Shown: positions 44,756-56,033, numbered from the stretch's first letter. The stretch: DNA of 64,000 nucleotides from Alphaproteobacteria bacterium (GCA_965249135.1 OZ252220.1:832001-896000), one strand, 5' to 3'. Notes: generated by a model not told the origin, from the letters alone. Program-made: numbers and translations.

Positions 44756-45211
44756 CTAACCCCGCTTCGGCCGTCGCCCCTCGCCGCTGCTCCGGGCAAC
44801 GAGGCCAACCCGGTTGAAGCCGGCCGCGCTGATCGTGCTCATCACGTCCATGATGCGTCCATAATTGATCGCCTGATCCCCGCGAATGAAGATTCGCGCT
44901 TCCGGATTGTTGCCGCTGATCGCCACGAGACGCGGGGCAAGCTCCGAGATTTCCACCTGCGTTTCCTGAAGGAAGACCTCGCCTTTCGAGTTGACGGAAA
45001 CGACGAGCGGTTCGTCCCGGCCGCCAAGGGTGCCGGCGTCCGAGCGCGGCAGATCGACCGGCACGCCAACCGTCATCAAAGGCGCCGTCACCATGAAAAC
45101 GATCAGCAGAACGAGCATGACGTCCACCATCGGGGTGACGTTGATCTCGCTCATCGGACGGTAGGTGCTGCGTCCGCCGCGCGCACCGCCTTCCTGTAGG
45201 TAAATCCCCAT
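44756..45211 (-). CDS. tolR: TolR
   Basis: EINVTPMVDVMLVLLIVFM. Confidence 0.95.
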   Translation of the reverse strand: MGIYLQEGGARGGRSTYRPMSEINVTPMVDVMLVLLIVFMVTAPLMTVGVPVDLPRSDAGTLGGRDEPLVVSVNSKGEVFLQETQVEISELAPRLVAISGNNPEARIFIRGDQAINYGRIMDVMSTISAAGFNRVGLVARSSGEGRRPKRG

Positions 45212-45213
45212 GG

Positions 45214-45945
45214 TTACGCCTTTCCCTCAGACCCGCGCGCCAGCACCGCACGGAATTCCTCGGAGAATCCCTCGATGCGGTTTGCGTATTTATTAAGCTC
45301 GTTCGAAATCTTGTTGAAGGCGATGACCGCCGGGATGGCAGCCACCAGCCCCATCGCCGTCGCAAAGAGCGCCTCGGCGATGCCAGGGGCTACGACCGCA
45401 AGCGACGTGTTCTTCGAAATCGCGATCGACTGGAAGCTGTTCATGATTCCCCAGACGGTGCCGAAGAGACCAATGAAGGGCGCCGTCGAACCGACGGAGG
45501 CAAGGAAGGTGAGGTGGCGTTCCAGCCCCTCCATCTCGCGGCCAAGGACCAGGCGCATCGCGCGTTCGACCCGCTGCAACACGGTGCCGGTCCGCCCCTC
45601 CTTTGCCGACTGGCCGTCCCCGGTCGCCCCTTTCCATTCCCGCATGCCGGCGCCGAACACCGCCGACATCGGGTCCTGCGGGTTGAGACCGACGCGCTCG
45701 TAAAGCTTCACAAGCGATCCGCCGGCCCAGAAGGATTCCTCGAAACGGTCGGCAATCCCACGCAACCGGCGCAGCTTCAGAAGCTTGTCGAAGATGATCG
45801 CCCAACTCCAGAAGGACGCCGCAAGCAACAACAGCATGACCAATTTGACGATGGGATCCGCCTGTATGAACAGGGTCCACACCGACATATCCGTCGCGGC
45901 TATCGATTGACCCACGGCAACGGATTCAATGATCTCGTTTTCCAT
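45214..45945 (-). CDS. tolQ: TolQ
   Basis: APFIGLFGTVWGIM, APGIAEAL. Confidence 0.96.
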   Translation of the reverse strand: MENEIIESVAVGQSIAATDMSVWTLFIQADPIVKLVMLLLLAASFWSWAIIFDKLLKLRRLRGIADRFEESFWAGGSLVKLYERVGLNPQDPMSAVFGAGMREWKGATGDGQSAKEGRTGTVLQRVERAMRLVLGREMEGLERHLTFLASVGSTAPFIGLFGTVWGIMNSFQSIAISKNTSLAVVAPGIAEALFATAMGLVAAIPAVIAFNKISNELNKYANRIEGFSEEFRAVLARGSEGKA

Positions 45946-46394
45946 CAAGCACTCCGTCTCATCTTGGATAGGGGTTGGGATGCGAAGGCGTTCAAGGCAT
46001 CCCGTAATTCCACCGGCATGCGGGCGACCTTTCCATCCTCACGAATGCACGCGATGCGCACCTGAAGGCGGACCAGCGCTTCGCCGTCCCGCCGGACCGT
46101 CTGCTCTACCTTCAGGCTCGCGCCGCGAAGGTTAAGAAGGCGTGTCTCGACGTCGAGCAGATCGTCAAGGCGCGCCGGCATCCGGTAATCGATGGTGCAG
46201 TTCCGAACCACGAAGGCGAATCCAAAGCGTTCCTCCCAGCGATCGAAACCAAGGCTTCTCAGGAATTCCGTGCGGGCGCGCTCGGCAAACTTCAAATAGT
46301 TCGCGTAATAGACCATGCCGACATTATCCGTGTCCTCGTAATAGACGCGCACGGAAAAGTGGTGGACGCCCTTAGGCTTATGCGCTTGCGTCAT
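45945..46394 (-). CDS. ybgC: Tol-Pal associated acyl-CoA thioesterase
   Basis: [23 protein letters not shown]. Confidence 0.93.
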   Translation of the reverse strand: MTQAHKPKGVHHFSVRVYYEDTDNVGMVYYANYLKFAERARTEFLRSLGFDRWEERFGFAFVVRNCTIDYRMPARLDDLLDVETRLLNLRGASLKVEQTVRRDGEALVRLQVRIACIREDGKVARMPVELRDALNAFASQPLSKMRRSA

Positions 46395-47440
46395 GCGCCC
46401 TCGCCTTCCTTGCTGGTATCCAGCAGGTCGAACTGGGCGATCGTCTTCGGCGCCTCCAGGCCCAGGTGACGGTAGGCCAGCGCCGTGAGGACGCGCCCGC
46501 GCGGTGTGCGCTGGATGAAGCCCTGCTGAATAAGAAAGGGCTCGATCACTTCCTCGATCGTGTCGCGCTCTTCGGAAAGGCTGGCGGAAAGCGTCTCGAC
46601 GCCGACCGGCCCGCCGCCGTAATGCTCGGCGATGCGCGCAATGTAACGGCGGTCCATCGCGTCGAGGCCAAGGTGATCGACCTCGAGTTGGCGAAGCGCT
46701 GCGTCCGCGGCTTGCGCATCGATCGACGTCACGCCGCCGACGGCGGCGAAGTCACGGACGCGGCGAAGCAGCCGGGTGGCGACCCTGGGCGTTCCCCGCG
46801 AACGCCTGGCGATTTCCTTAGCCCCGTCCGGCGTCAGGCGCATCGAGAGGACTTCCGCACCCCTTCGCACGATGGTCTCCAGCTCGGGCGGCTCGTAAAA
46901 GGTAAGGCGCAACGGAATGCCGAAGCGTTCCCGAAGCGGCGACGTGATCAGGCCGGAGCGTGTCGTCGCCCCGATCAGGGTAAAGGGCGGAAGGTCGATG
47001 CGCACGCTGCGCGCCGCCGGCCCCTCGCCGATCATCAGGTCCAGCTGGAAGTCCTCCATCGCCGGGTAGAGGATTTCCTCGACGGCCGGGTTCAGGCGAT
47101 GGATTTCGTCGATGAACAGGACGTCCCTGGGTTCCAGATTCGAAAGCACCGCCGCTAGGTCGCCGGCGCGCACGATGACCGGGCCCGAGCTTGCCCGAAA
47201 GCCGACCCCCAATTCGCGGGCGACGATCTGGGCAAGGGTCGTCTTGCCCAAGCCCGGCGGTCCATGGAAAAGGACATGATCGAGCGCTTCTTTGCGGTCA
47301 CGCGCAGCATCGATGAAGACGCTTAAATTCTTGCAAAGCGCTGCCTGACCGATGAACTCGGCGAGCCTTTGTGGCCGCAGCGACGCCTCCGGCGCATCTT
47401 GAGGCGCGGCCTCTCCTTTGACGAGGCGATCCTCGCTCAC
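46391..47440 (-). CDS. ruvB: Holliday junction helicase
   Basis: [24 protein letters not shown]. Confidence 0.98.
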   Translation of the reverse strand: MSEDRLVKGEAAPQDAPEASLRPQRLAEFIGQAALCKNLSVFIDAARDRKEALDHVLFHGPPGLGKTTLAQIVARELGVGFRASSGPVIVRAGDLAAVLSNLEPRDVLFIDEIHRLNPAVEEILYPAMEDFQLDLMIGEGPAARSVRIDLPPFTLIGATTRSGLITSPLRERFGIPLRLTFYEPPELETIVRRGAEVLSMRLTPDGAKEIARRSRGTPRVATRLLRRVRDFAAVGGVTSIDAQAADAALRQLEVDHLGLDAMDRRYIARIAEHYGGGPVGVETLSASLSEERDTIEEVIEPFLIQQGFIQRTPRGRVLTALAYRHLGLEAPKTIAQFDLLDTSKEGEGA

Positions 47441-48039
47441 GAGGCAAGCTCCTTGAGACCGGCCCGGATCAACGCCTCAACCGGCGCCTTGGGGCCCAGC
47501 CCCTGCCGCGCCCGGGTGACGGCGCCATAGGCTTCGTCGCGCCGGTAGTTCAAATTGACGAGCGCCGAAACCGCATCCTTTGCTGCCCCGTCCGCGACCT
47601 CGCCCATCCCCCTTATGCCCGCGAGTCCCGTGGGCAGATCGCCGGCCTTCTCTTTTAATTCGCTCACGATGCGCCCGGCAAGCTTCGCGCCGACCCCTTG
47701 CGCTTCCGTAAGCGCCTGCGCATCCGCGGCCGCGATGACTTGGGCAAGCTCAAAGGGGGCGCGCACGGAAAGGATGGCCAGCGCCACCTTCGCGCCGACG
47801 CCCTGCACGGTGTGGAGAAGCCGAAACCAGTCCCGTTCCGGCGCGTCGACGAAGCCGTAAAGGTGGATGTGGTCTTCCCGCACATGGGTCTCGATAAAAA
47901 GCATGACGCGTTCGCCAATGCGCGGCAGGGAACGAAGCGTGCGCGCAGACGCAAAGACCAGATAGCCGACGCCGGCGACGTCGACGACGAGACGGTCCTC
48001 GTCGGCCGAATCCAGAAGGCCGGCCAGTTTCGCGATCAT
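47437..48039 (-). CDS. ruvA: Holliday junction binding protein
   Basis: [18 protein letters not shown], HhH GVGAK x2. Confidence 0.96.
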   Translation of the reverse strand: MIAKLAGLLDSADEDRLVVDVAGVGYLVFASARTLRSLPRIGERVMLFIETHVREDHIHLYGFVDAPERDWFRLLHTVQGVGAKVALAILSVRAPFELAQVIAAADAQALTEAQGVGAKLAGRIVSELKEKAGDLPTGLAGIRGMGEVADGAAKDAVSALVNLNYRRDEAYGAVTRARQGLGPKAPVEALIRAGLKELAS

Positions 48040-48548
48040 GCGGACGCCCTTTCTTTCATCGCTTTCGCCCAGCGCGTATTCGTCTCCCGATGGTGGGCGT
48101 GGCACACCGCCACCGCCAGCGCATCCGCGGCGTCGGCCGTTTCCAGCTTCGCACCTGGCAGGAGCGTGCGCACCATCATCGTCACCTGTTCCTTCGTGGC
48201 GTGACCGTTGCCGACGATTGCCTTCTTGATCAGGTTCGCCGAATATTCGGCGACGTCCAGCCCTGCCTTCGCCGGCGCCAGCAGCACGACCCCGCGGGCA
48301 AGCCCGAGTTTCAGCGTCGAGGCGGGATTGCGGTTGACGAAGGTCTCCTCGACGGCCGCCCCTTCCGGAGCAAATTCCGCGATCACCTCGCAAAGCCCAC
48401 CGTAAAGCTGAACCAGGCGCTGGGCCAAGGGTGCCGTCACATCGAGGCGGACGACCCCATCGTCCACATGGGTAAGCCGGTTGCCCTCAACGTCGATCAC
48501 GCCCCATCCGGTGTAACGGATGCCCGGGTCGAGACCAAGGAGTCGCAT
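48036..48548 (-). CDS. ruvC: Crossover junction endonuclease
   Basis: [19 protein letters not shown]. Confidence 0.96.
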   Translation of the reverse strand: MRLLGLDPGIRYTGWGVIDVEGNRLTHVDDGVVRLDVTAPLAQRLVQLYGGLCEVIAEFAPEGAAVEETFVNRNPASTLKLGLARGVVLLAPAKAGLDVAEYSANLIKKAIVGNGHATKEQVTMMVRTLLPGAKLETADAADALAVAVCHAHHRETNTRWAKAMKERASA

Positions 48549-48575
48549 GTCCACCCCTCTGGCTATCCTAGCCGT

Positions 48576-49325
48576 TTAAGCGCTCAACCTCGCGATGATC
48601 GCGTCGGAAACTTCGTAATTCGCCGAGACTGTCTGCACGTCGTCGTTGTCTTCAAGGGCGGCGATCAGGCGAAAGAGCTTTTCCGCATCCCTTTCGCCGA
48701 CCTTCGTCGTCGTCGTCGGCCTCCAGACGAGCCCGGCGCGCTCGGGACTTCCGAATTTCGTCTCGAGCCCTGCGCGTAAATTATTGAAATCCTCCGGCGC
48801 GCAACTAATTTCGTGAAGGGCGGCGTCCGTCACGATGTCCGCGGCCCCTGCCTCGATGGCCGCTTCGAAGAGCGCGCTTTCCGAAACCGTTGCCGCCGCG
48901 TAACAAATGAGCCCTGCGCGCTCGAACTGGAAGCTCACGCTGTTCGTCTCCCCCAGATTGCCGCCATGCTTGCTGAAGGCGGTGCGAAGCTCGGCCGCCG
49001 CCCGGTTGCGGTTGTCCGTCAGCGCCTCGACGATAAGCGCGACGCCGCCCGGCCCATAGCCTTCGTAGCGGATTTCCTCGTAATTTGCGCCTTCCTCGTT
49101 GCCGGCGCCGCGTGCGATCGCGCGTTCCATCCTGTCCTTCGGCAAATTCGCCGCGCGCGCGCCTACGAGCGCACTCCGAAGGCGTGGATTGGCGGCCGGG
49201 TCCGCGCCGCCCTGGCGCGCCGCCACCGTGAGCTCGCGAATGAATTTCGTGAACAATTTGGTGCGCTTCGCATCCTGAGCGCCCTTGCGGTACATGATGT
49301 TCTTGAACTTCGAGTGGCCTGCCAT
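48576..49325 (-). CDS. yebC: YebC/PmpR family protein
   Basis: MAGHSKF, YEGYGPGG, TDNRNR. Confidence 0.96.
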   Translation of the reverse strand: MAGHSKFKNIMYRKGAQDAKRTKLFTKFIRELTVAARQGGADPAANPRLRSALVGARAANLPKDRMERAIARGAGNEEGANYEEIRYEGYGPGGVALIVEALTDNRNRAAAELRTAFSKHGGNLGETNSVSFQFERAGLICYAAATVSESALFEAAIEAGAADIVTDAALHEISCAPEDFNNLRAGLETKFGSPERAGLVWRPTTTTKVGERDAEKLFRLIAALEDNDDVQTVSANYEVSDAIIARLSA

Positions 49326-49472
49326 CGTGGGTACGCTAGCCCTAAGGGGTTCAACCGCCATCTATACCAGATGCGGGGGGTCAATGCACGAAAGCGGCCC
49401 GCTTCGCCTGGCTGCCAAGCCCCCGCTGGATGGGCCACCGCGCGTGTGCTGACGCGCCTTAAAAGGGCGCGC

Positions 49473-50294
49473 TCACGCCGCATCCAGCGGCCAGGCAGAG
49501 CTAAGCCGCCCGCCCAGGCGAAGCGGCGCGGCATGGGTCGCAAGTCCGGTTTCCGGGTCCGTCTCGACGTAGAATCCGCACAGCGTCGCCTCGCCGTCGG
49601 CCGGGCTGAACGGCTCGGTCCGCATGGGGCGGAGGAAGCGCTTGATCGAGGCCTCCTTCTTCATGCCGATCACCGAATCGTAGTCCCCGCACATTCCGAT
49701 ATCCGAGATGTACGCGGTGCCGCCCGGCAACACCTGGGCATCCGCCGTCGGCACGTGGGTGTGGGTGCCCGCCACCAGGCTGACGCGCCCGTCCAGGTGA
49801 TGGGCAAACGCCATCTTCTCGCTCGTCGCCTCGGCGTGGATGTCGACGATGATCGCGCCCACCGTGCTGCCCAACCGGTGATTGGCAAGCACCTTCTCGA
49901 CGGCTGCGAACGGATCGTCGACGGACTCCATGAACAAGCGCCCCATCACCTGCACGACGAGCGCGCGTTCGCCATTCGACGTCGGGTAAAGGCCGCTGCC
50001 CAGCCCGGGCGTCGTTTCCGGATAGTTCAAGGGCCGCAGCAGTTTCGGATCGTTATCGATGTAGCCGATGATTTCGCGCTGCGCCCATGCGTGGTTGCCA
50101 AGGGTCAGCACGTCGACGCCGACTTCGTAGAATTCCTGGCACAAACGCTCCGTGATGCCGAAGCCGCCGGCCGCGTTTTCCGCATTCACGACGACCAGGT
50201 CCAGCGCCAAGCGCTCGCGAAGTTCCGGGATGCGGCCGTACACCGCCTCGCGTCCCGAGCGCCCCACCACGTCGCCGCAAAAAAGAATCCGCAT
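49473..50294 (-). CDS. TIGR00282/YmdB metallophosphoesterase
   Basis: GDVVG, NAENAAGG, GNH, HAEATSEK, GTHTH. Confidence 0.95.
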   Translation of the reverse strand: MRILFCGDVVGRSGREAVYGRIPELRERLALDLVVVNAENAAGGFGITERLCQEFYEVGVDVLTLGNHAWAQREIIGYIDNDPKLLRPLNYPETTPGLGSGLYPTSNGERALVVQVMGRLFMESVDDPFAAVEKVLANHRLGSTVGAIIVDIHAEATSEKMAFAHHLDGRVSLVAGTHTHVPTADAQVLPGGTAYISDIGMCGDYDSVIGMKKEASIKRFLRPMRTEPFSPADGEATLCGFYVETDPETGLATHAAPLRLGGRLSSAWPLDAA

Positions 50295-50320
50295 GTCTTA
50301 TTCCGCTTCCGCTTCCGTCC

Positions 50321-50896
50321 TTATGGCGTCCTTATGGCTTCGCGTTCCGTAACCACCCAGTCCAGCGCCTCGTCGTCCGCCGCGCGTGGCACAATGGGCA
50401 CTTCCTGGGTCGCATAGGCAAGGCCCACGGCAGTGAGGCGCCCTTGCCCGCGAAGGCTCCGCAGCGTCCGGTCATAATACCCCCCTCCATGGCCGAGCCG
50501 GTGGCCGGATCGATCAAACGCGAGCAGCGGCACCAGAAGCAAGGAGGGCTTGAGCGCCGCGGCCGGGACGGCCGGGACGGGGATGCCGTAAGCACCGGAT
50601 TCCAAAGGGTATCCAGGCCGCCAAGTCCGAAAAATCAAGGCTTCGGTGGTGGCGGCGACGACCGGCAGCGCGCATTTACACCCGGCGCGATCGAGCGCTG
50701 CGAGCAGCACGCGCGGGTCGATCTCGTCCCCGACCGGCCAATAGCCGCCGACGATTGCGCCTTTCTCCCAGGGCACGCGATCCAGGAATCGGGCGGCAAG
50801 TTGTTTCGGGGTCTGCGCATCCGCCGCCTCGGCGGCCGCCTTGCGAAGGGCCTTCGCCTTTTCCCGAACGGTTTCTTTATCGGACCCCGGTGCCAA
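50321..50896 (-). CDS. ygfA: 5-formyltetrahydrofolate cyclo-ligase
   Basis: VPLLAFDRSGHRLGHGGGYYDR; the start (TTG 50896) is approximate. Confidence 0.9.
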   Translation of the reverse strand: MAPGSDKETVREKAKALRKAAAEAADAQTPKQLAARFLDRVPWEKGAIVGGYWPVGDEIDPRVLLAALDRAGCKCALPVVAATTEALIFRTWRPGYPLESGAYGIPVPAVPAAALKPSLLLVPLLAFDRSGHRLGHGGGYYDRTLRSLRGQGRLTAVGLAYATQEVPIVPRAADDEALDWVVTEREAIRTP

Positions 50897-50930
50897 ACTC
50901 GAAAACTTCCTGGAAGGAAAAGTGGGTAAA

Positions 50931-51078
50931 GCTGCGTCAGCCGTTCGGCGCCTTGCATCCTCTGCGACCTGCACTTACAGGTGGGTGCCATATACCGAGA
51001 CCACGGTCCCGGCAGGGACAGCTCCCTTGAGGTAGATATTGGTCCCAGGGATTTCTGCCGCCTGACGGGCTGCGAAGC
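50931..51078 (-). ncRNA. ssrS: 6S RNA
   Basis: Canonical zapA-ssrS-ygfA position; ATCCCTGGG..., GGGAGCTGTCCCTG and GGCACCCACCT motifs; terminal stem. Ends approximate. Confidence 0.85.
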
Positions 51079-51096
51079 CTTACCCGGACTTTCAAT

Positions 51097-51426
51097 CTAT
51101 GCAGAAACGAGCCGGTCGGCAATGTTCTCGATGCGCGCCGCCAACGTATCGAGCTTTGCGGCGATTCGATCCGCGTTTTGCTCGTCAAGCTCGTTGTTTT
51201 CGCTCTTGAGTTTCGCCAGGTCCGCATAGGCATCGGCAAGTTCATCGGCGATCAGGAGGGACACCATGACGAGCAGGCGCGCATCGCCGATCTGGCCGAC
51301 GGACGTAATCAACTCTTCGATCCGCTTGTCGACGAAGGAGGCGAGCCGTTCGAGATGTTCTTCCTGGCCATTGTCGCAGGCGATGTCGTAGCCGCGGCCA
51401 TTGATCTCCACCTTTACCTGGGCCAT
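51097..51426 (-). CDS. zapA: Cell division protein ZapA
   Basis: INGRGYDIAC..GQEEHL, RLLVMVSLLIADE. Confidence 0.93.
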   Translation of the reverse strand: MAQVKVEINGRGYDIACDNGQEEHLERLASFVDKRIEELITSVGQIGDARLLVMVSLLIADELADAYADLAKLKSENNELDEQNADRIAAKLDTLAARIENIADRLVSA

Positions 51427-51427
51427 C

Positions 51428-51712
51428 TCACTCACCCAAGGTGCGTTGCAACCGGTGGATCGCCGAATCGAGACGCACGGTGACGTTGCGAATCTCTTCG
51501 CGCATCTCGTCGCCTTCCGATTTTGCGATGCTGCCTTCCGCCTCTGCGATGGACGTCACGGCCGACGTGTTCGAGGATGGCAGGTTCGAGGATGGCAGGT
51601 TCGAGGATGGCAGGCTCGCGGACGGCAGGGCCGGTTCGCGGGTGGCGAGCGCCGTTTCAAGCCGGGCGACGGCACGCTCCAACCGCTTCTCAGCTGCTCC
51701 CATATCCGCCAC
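51428..51712 (-). CDS. DUF4164/ZapB-like coiled-coil protein
   Basis: RLERAVARLE and RLDSAIHRL; directly upstream of zapA. Confidence 0.75.
   Translation of the reverse strand: MADMGAAEKRLERAVARLETALATREPALPSASLPSSNLPSSNLPSSNTSAVTSIAEAEGSIAKSEGDEMREEIRNVTVRLDSAIHRLQRTLGE
51569..51628. repeat. 15-bp tandem repeat, 3 perfect plus 1 degenerate (codes PSSNL)
   Basis: GTTCGAGGATGGCAG x3. Confidence 0.9.
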
Positions 51713-51814
51713 CGCTCAACCCCGGCCTTTTTTGGATTTTCTCTACGCGCGCCCCTGCTTCGCGTGGCAGGATACGCCTTGCCTCCTTTCGCCGTCAACC
51801 GCGGGCCCCACCGG

Positions 51815-51843
51815 TTGACGCGCATCGAAGGGGGCGGCATTTT
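51815..51843 (+). promoter_or_regulatory. Sigma70-like promoter for the gap operon
   Basis: TTGACG-N17-CATTTT. Confidence 0.5.
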
Positions 51844-51912
51844 CCAGGCAGGCCCCGCCTGAGGCGACATACGATATACATACTATATAAAGTGAGGGGC
51901 ACGCCGTCGGCA

Positions 51913-51956
51913 CTTGGGCGACAGGGAACACTTGGGCGACCTTGGGCGACAGGGAA
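51913..51956. repeat. CTTGGGCGAC(AGGGAA) x3 upstream of gap
   Basis: Copies at 51913, 51931 and 51941. Confidence 0.85.
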
Positions 51957-51971
51957 AAGGAAACCGTAACG

Positions 51972-52979
51972 ATGACGGTTCGGGTTGGAATCAACGGATT
52001 TGGCAGGATCGGACGCTTGGCCCTTCGCGCCATCGCCGAAAGCTCACGGAACGACGTCGTCGTCGTCGGCGTGAACGATTTGGGCTCGGTCGAGACGAAC
52101 GTCCATCTGCTTCGCTACGATTCGATCCATGGGCCCTTCCCCGGCGAGGTGACGATGAACGGCGTTTGCATGGACATCGGCCAGGGGCCGATCCGGGTAA
52201 CGGCGGAACGCGAACCCGCCAAGCTTGCCTGGGGCAAGCTCGGCGTCGACGTCGTCATGGAATGCACCGGGCGCTTCCGGAAACGGGCCCAGGCCGCGCT
52301 CCATCTGGAGGCAGGCGCCGCAAGGGTTCTGGTTTCGGCGCCGGCGAACGATACCGATCTGACGGTCGTCTACGGGGTCAATCATGACCGGTTGGAGCCT
52401 TCGATGACGGTGATCTCGAACGCCTCCTGCACGACGAACTGTCTGGCCCCCGTCGCCGACGTGCTGCACAAGACGGTCGGCATCGAACAGGGATTCATGA
52501 CGACGGTCCATGCCTACACGGCGGATCAACACCTCGTCGATGGCCTGCACACGGATCTGCGGCGGGCTCGCGCCGCGGGCATCTCCATGATCCCGACCTC
52601 GACGGGCGCGGCGCGGGCCGTCGGCCTCGTTTTGCCAGAGTTGAAGGGAAAGCTCGACGGCACGGCGATCCGGGTGCCGACGGCGAACGTCTCGATGGTC
52701 GACCTTACCTTCGTCGCTTCCCGAAAAACCTCCGTCGAAGAAATCAACGGCGCCATGGTGGCGGCGGCGGAAGGACGGCTGAAGGGCGTGCTCGCCACGA
52801 ACGACGTGCCGCTCGTGTCTGCCGACTTCAATCACACCTCCCATAGCGCCATCTTCGATCTGTCCGAGACTCAAGCGATCGAGGGCAAGCTCGCCCGCGT
52901 GCTTGCCTGGTACGACAACGAGTGGGGATTCGCGAACCGCATGCTGGACACGGCGGCCTATATGGGGAACCTCGAATAG
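51972..52979 (+). CDS. gap: Type I glyceraldehyde-3-phosphate dehydrogenase
   Basis: [24 protein letters not shown]. Confidence 0.97.
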   Translation: MTVRVGINGFGRIGRLALRAIAESSRNDVVVVGVNDLGSVETNVHLLRYDSIHGPFPGEVTMNGVCMDIGQGPIRVTAEREPAKLAWGKLGVDVVMECTGRFRKRAQAALHLEAGAARVLVSAPANDTDLTVVYGVNHDRLEPSMTVISNASCTTNCLAPVADVLHKTVGIEQGFMTTVHAYTADQHLVDGLHTDLRRARAAGISMIPTSTGAARAVGLVLPELKGKLDGTAIRVPTANVSMVDLTFVASRKTSVEEINGAMVAAAEGRLKGVLATNDVPLVSADFNHTSHSAIFDLSETQAIEGKLARVLAWYDNEWGFANRMLDTAAYMGNLE

Positions 52980-52981
52980 GC

Positions 52982-53392
52982 ATGGCGCGTGGCACCCTGA
53001 TCGTCCACGACCTCCCCCAGGCCTTGGCCGCGCTGGCCGCCGCGAAGAAGCTGAAGCAGGCGATCACGCTCCGCACCCCTTACGGGGCCGCCAGTTGCGC
53101 CGGCGCCGGCTACTTCCAGAAGGTGGCCGAGCTTGCCCGGCGCGAATACCCCGAGGTGGACGCCCACTTCGTGCTCGATTGCGGCGCCTCCCCCGGCCAG
53201 GCGCTCGGCGCCATTCGCATCGGCTGGAAGCGGATCCGGCTCGAGGCGAAGAAGGCGGCGCTCGCCAAGGTGCTCGACATCGCTACCCAAGCCGACGCCG
53301 CGCTCGACGACGAGGGCGCGCCCGTGCTCGACCTTCTGGAAACGGCGGAGCCGGAAAAAGCCGCCATTAAGTGGCTTCAACACCGCGGATAG
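52982..53392 (+). CDS. Conserved hypothetical protein upstream of class I aldolase
   Basis: Operonic spacing, GC3 bias, LDCG..PG.AL.A.R.G motif. Confidence 0.7.
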   Translation: MARGTLIVHDLPQALAALAAAKKLKQAITLRTPYGAASCAGAGYFQKVAELARREYPEVDAHFVLDCGASPGQALGAIRIGWKRIRLEAKKAALAKVLDIATQADAALDDEGAPVLDLLETAEPEKAAIKWLQHRG

Positions 53393-53433
53393 GCTATGAA
53401 GTGCAAGGAATTGCAACGAAGCCTAGTTTCGTC

Positions 53434-54357
53434 ATGAAACTTACCAAGCGCGTTCAGGAGATCCTCGCGGCCTATGAAGGCGAAAGCCGCGACACCAAGG
53501 AAAACCTCGCGCGCATCCTGATGCATGGCCGTCTCGGCGGGACCGGCCGGCTCGTCATCCTGCCGGTCGATCAGGGCTTCGAACATGGGCCGGCGCGCAG
53601 TTTCGCGCCCAACCCGGATGCCTACGATCCCCACTACCACTACCGCCTAGCGATCGATGCCGGGCTTTCGGCCTATGCCGCACCCTTGGGGCTGATCGAG
53701 GCCGGCGTCGACAGCTTCGGCGACCAGATCCCGACGATCTTGAAGCTGAACAGCGCGAACAGCCTCAACCGGGCGAAGGAAATGGCGGATCAGGCGGTGA
53801 CGGGATCCATCGAGGACGCGCTCAGGCTTGGTTGCTCGGCGGTCGGTTTTACGATCTACCCGGGCGCGGACGCGGCCTATGGCATGTTCGAAGAACTGCG
53901 CGAGCTGGCGCGCGAGGCGAAGAAGATGGGGCTTGCCGTCGTCGTCTGGTCCTACCCGCGCGGCGGCAACCTGTCGAAGGATGGCGAGACGGCGATCGAT
54001 GTCGTCGCCTATGCCGCCCACATGGCCTGCCTGCTTGGCGCCAATCTCGTGAAGGTGAAGCTGCCGACGGCGCACCTGGAATTGGACGCCGCCAAGAAGG
54101 TCTACGAAGCAACGCGGATCGACATTGCCACCCTTGCCGCCCGGGTGCGTCACGTCGTCGAATGCTGCTTTAAGGGCCGGCGCCTCGTCGTCTTTTCCGG
54201 CGGCGCGTCGAAGGATCTCGACGGCCTCTATGAAGAGGCCCGCGCGGTCCGCGACGGTGGCGGCACCGGCTCGATCATCGGGCGCAACACCTTCCAAAGG
54301 CCGCGTGAAGAGGCCCTGAAGATGCTGGACACGGTCATCGGGATTTACCAGGACTAG
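53434..54357 (+). CDS. fbaB: Class I fructose-bisphosphate aldolase (DhnA type)
   Basis: [29 protein letters not shown]. Confidence 0.93.
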   Translation: MKLTKRVQEILAAYEGESRDTKENLARILMHGRLGGTGRLVILPVDQGFEHGPARSFAPNPDAYDPHYHYRLAIDAGLSAYAAPLGLIEAGVDSFGDQIPTILKLNSANSLNRAKEMADQAVTGSIEDALRLGCSAVGFTIYPGADAAYGMFEELRELAREAKKMGLAVVVWSYPRGGNLSKDGETAIDVVAYAAHMACLLGANLVKVKLPTAHLELDAAKKVYEATRIDIATLAARVRHVVECCFKGRRLVVFSGGASKDLDGLYEEARAVRDGGGTGSIIGRNTFQRPREEALKMLDTVIGIYQD

Positions 54358-54361
54358 CCGG

Positions 54362-55021
54362 ATTCAAACCCATCACACCCGTCTTTATCTTCTCACCCCG
54401 CCGAACATCGACCCACAGGCGTTTGCCGAAAGATTAGCCGAAGCGTTGAAAGCGGGCGACGTCGCCTGCCTGCAATTGCGCCTGAAGGAAGCCTCCGACG
54501 ACGCGATCCGTGACGCCGTGAAGACGCTTCTGCCCCTCTGCCACGCCCACGAGGTGCCGCTCATCGTCAACGACCGGGCCGACCTTGCCAACCAGACGGG
54601 CGCAGACGGCGTCCATGTCGGCCAGCGGGACATGGCCTGCGCGAAGGCCCGCGAAATCGTGGGCGAAGAGGCGATCGTCGGCGTTACCTGCCACGATTCG
54701 CGTCATCTTGCGATCCTCGCCGCCGAGGCCGGCGCCGACTACGTTGCCTTCGGCGCCTTCTATCCGACGACGAAGGACACGAAATACCACCCGAACCCCG
54801 AGATCCTCGAATGGTGGAGCGAGACGACGACGGTGCCGTGTGTCGCCATCGGCGGCATCACGCCGGAGAATTGCGCGCCGCTCGTCGCCGCAGGCGCCGA
54901 TTTCCTCGCCGTGCTCCGCGGCGTCTGGGACCACGCGCAGGGCCCGGCGGAAGCGGTCCGCGCCTTCAACCGGGCGATCCGCAAAGCCGCCGATGCGCCG
55001 CCGCCGCCGGAGGCCGCGTGA
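54362..55021 (+). CDS. thiE: Thiamine phosphate synthase family protein (start uncertain, possibly ATT)
   Basis: [29 protein letters not shown]. Confidence 0.88.
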   Translation: MQTHHTRLYLLTPPNIDPQAFAERLAEALKAGDVACLQLRLKEASDDAIRDAVKTLLPLCHAHEVPLIVNDRADLANQTGADGVHVGQRDMACAKAREIVGEEAIVGVTCHDSRHLAILAAEAGADYVAFGAFYPTTKDTKYHPNPEILEWWSETTTVPCVAIGGITPENCAPLVAAGADFLAVLRGVWDHAQGPAEAVRAFNRAIRKAADAPPPPEAA

Positions 55022-55041
55022 CGCGGTTTTCCTCTGTGTCT

Positions 55042-55674
55042 TTAAGCTATCTTAAGATAGGGCCGTGGCGTACTAACATCCGGACTATGAGCAAGCTCAT
55101 CGCTCCATTGATGCCAACCTGGGTGTGGGTGGCGAGCAAACAATTCAAGATATGGCCCAGAACTACATGCTTCTACAAGGTCATACAATTCGTCTGGCTT
55201 TCTGCTGTGTTCACGCTTACGTGTTGACAACAAATTCGGCATGGTTCGACCCGGCTGTTTTGTGCGCGCATTCTTACCACGCATACCAAACAAAATGAGT
55301 TCAGTCACGTTACGGAAATAAAAGCCAACCCCCCGTCTATCTGGGCCGCCATCTTTTCGAATTTTAAACCAAATAAGATTCGTCTTATACGTGAAGCCCC
55401 ATCGCTTCATTACTTCAAGGCCCTCTGCAACAAGCGCATTTGGGACCCAAAGGTAGAGATGTGCAGTCGAATTAGCCAACCGAGCTATGGAAAGCTCCAG
55501 AATATCCGTTAGATTCATTGTTGAATAACGAGACAATCGCCTGTGCTCTGGAGCCATTTTTCCAGTTCGATTCGTAAATTGCCAAGGAGGATCCACCAAA
55601 ACTGTCGAAAACTTTTGTCCATTAACAAATGCAATGAGCTCATCAGCCGGCACAATCTCACTAGTCATCGACAT
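55042..55674 (-). CDS. MT-A70 family adenine DNA methyltransferase
   Basis: DPPW motif, LYLW, WGFTY, HSRKP, LELFAR; low GC. Confidence 0.92.
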   Translation of the reverse strand: MSMTSEIVPADELIAFVNGQKFSTVLVDPPWQFTNRTGKMAPEHRRLSRYSTMNLTDILELSIARLANSTAHLYLWVPNALVAEGLEVMKRWGFTYKTNLIWFKIRKDGGPDRRGVGFYFRNVTELILFGMRGKNARTKQPGRTMPNLLSTRKREHSRKPDELYDLVEACSSGPYLELFARHPHPGWHQWSDELAHSPDVSTPRPYLKIA

Positions 55675-56033
55675 ATGCCTCCTGCTTTATTCCAAAAACT
55701 GCAACGGGGCATCCCCCACCTCCCCCACCTTCAATCCTAGGCAGCAATCGACTCATATGAGTGGTTGATGAGCCATACTTTTTGCCTTTTCCAAGATCAT
55801 CGAAGATTTTCTGTAATTCATCGCAACGCGTGACTATAACTCCAACATCAATGGCCCTTAGATCGAATAAAAGCCGAAAGTTGTTTAAATCGCGATCGAA
55901 GAAAGGATCTTTGTTGTTCCACTCGACCTCAAGAGCAACTCGATTCTTAAAACAGTCAACTTTATGTGTGGGGCTTTCGTAAAGGGACTTGCGTAGCAAA
56001 ATCAGCAAGCCGCCGGTTCAAGCCCATAACTAC

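Noticed and set aside
51569-51956. Repeats near zapA/gap as a CRISPR array
   Set aside because: Units are 10-18 bp, tandem without unique spacers, and there are no cas genes.
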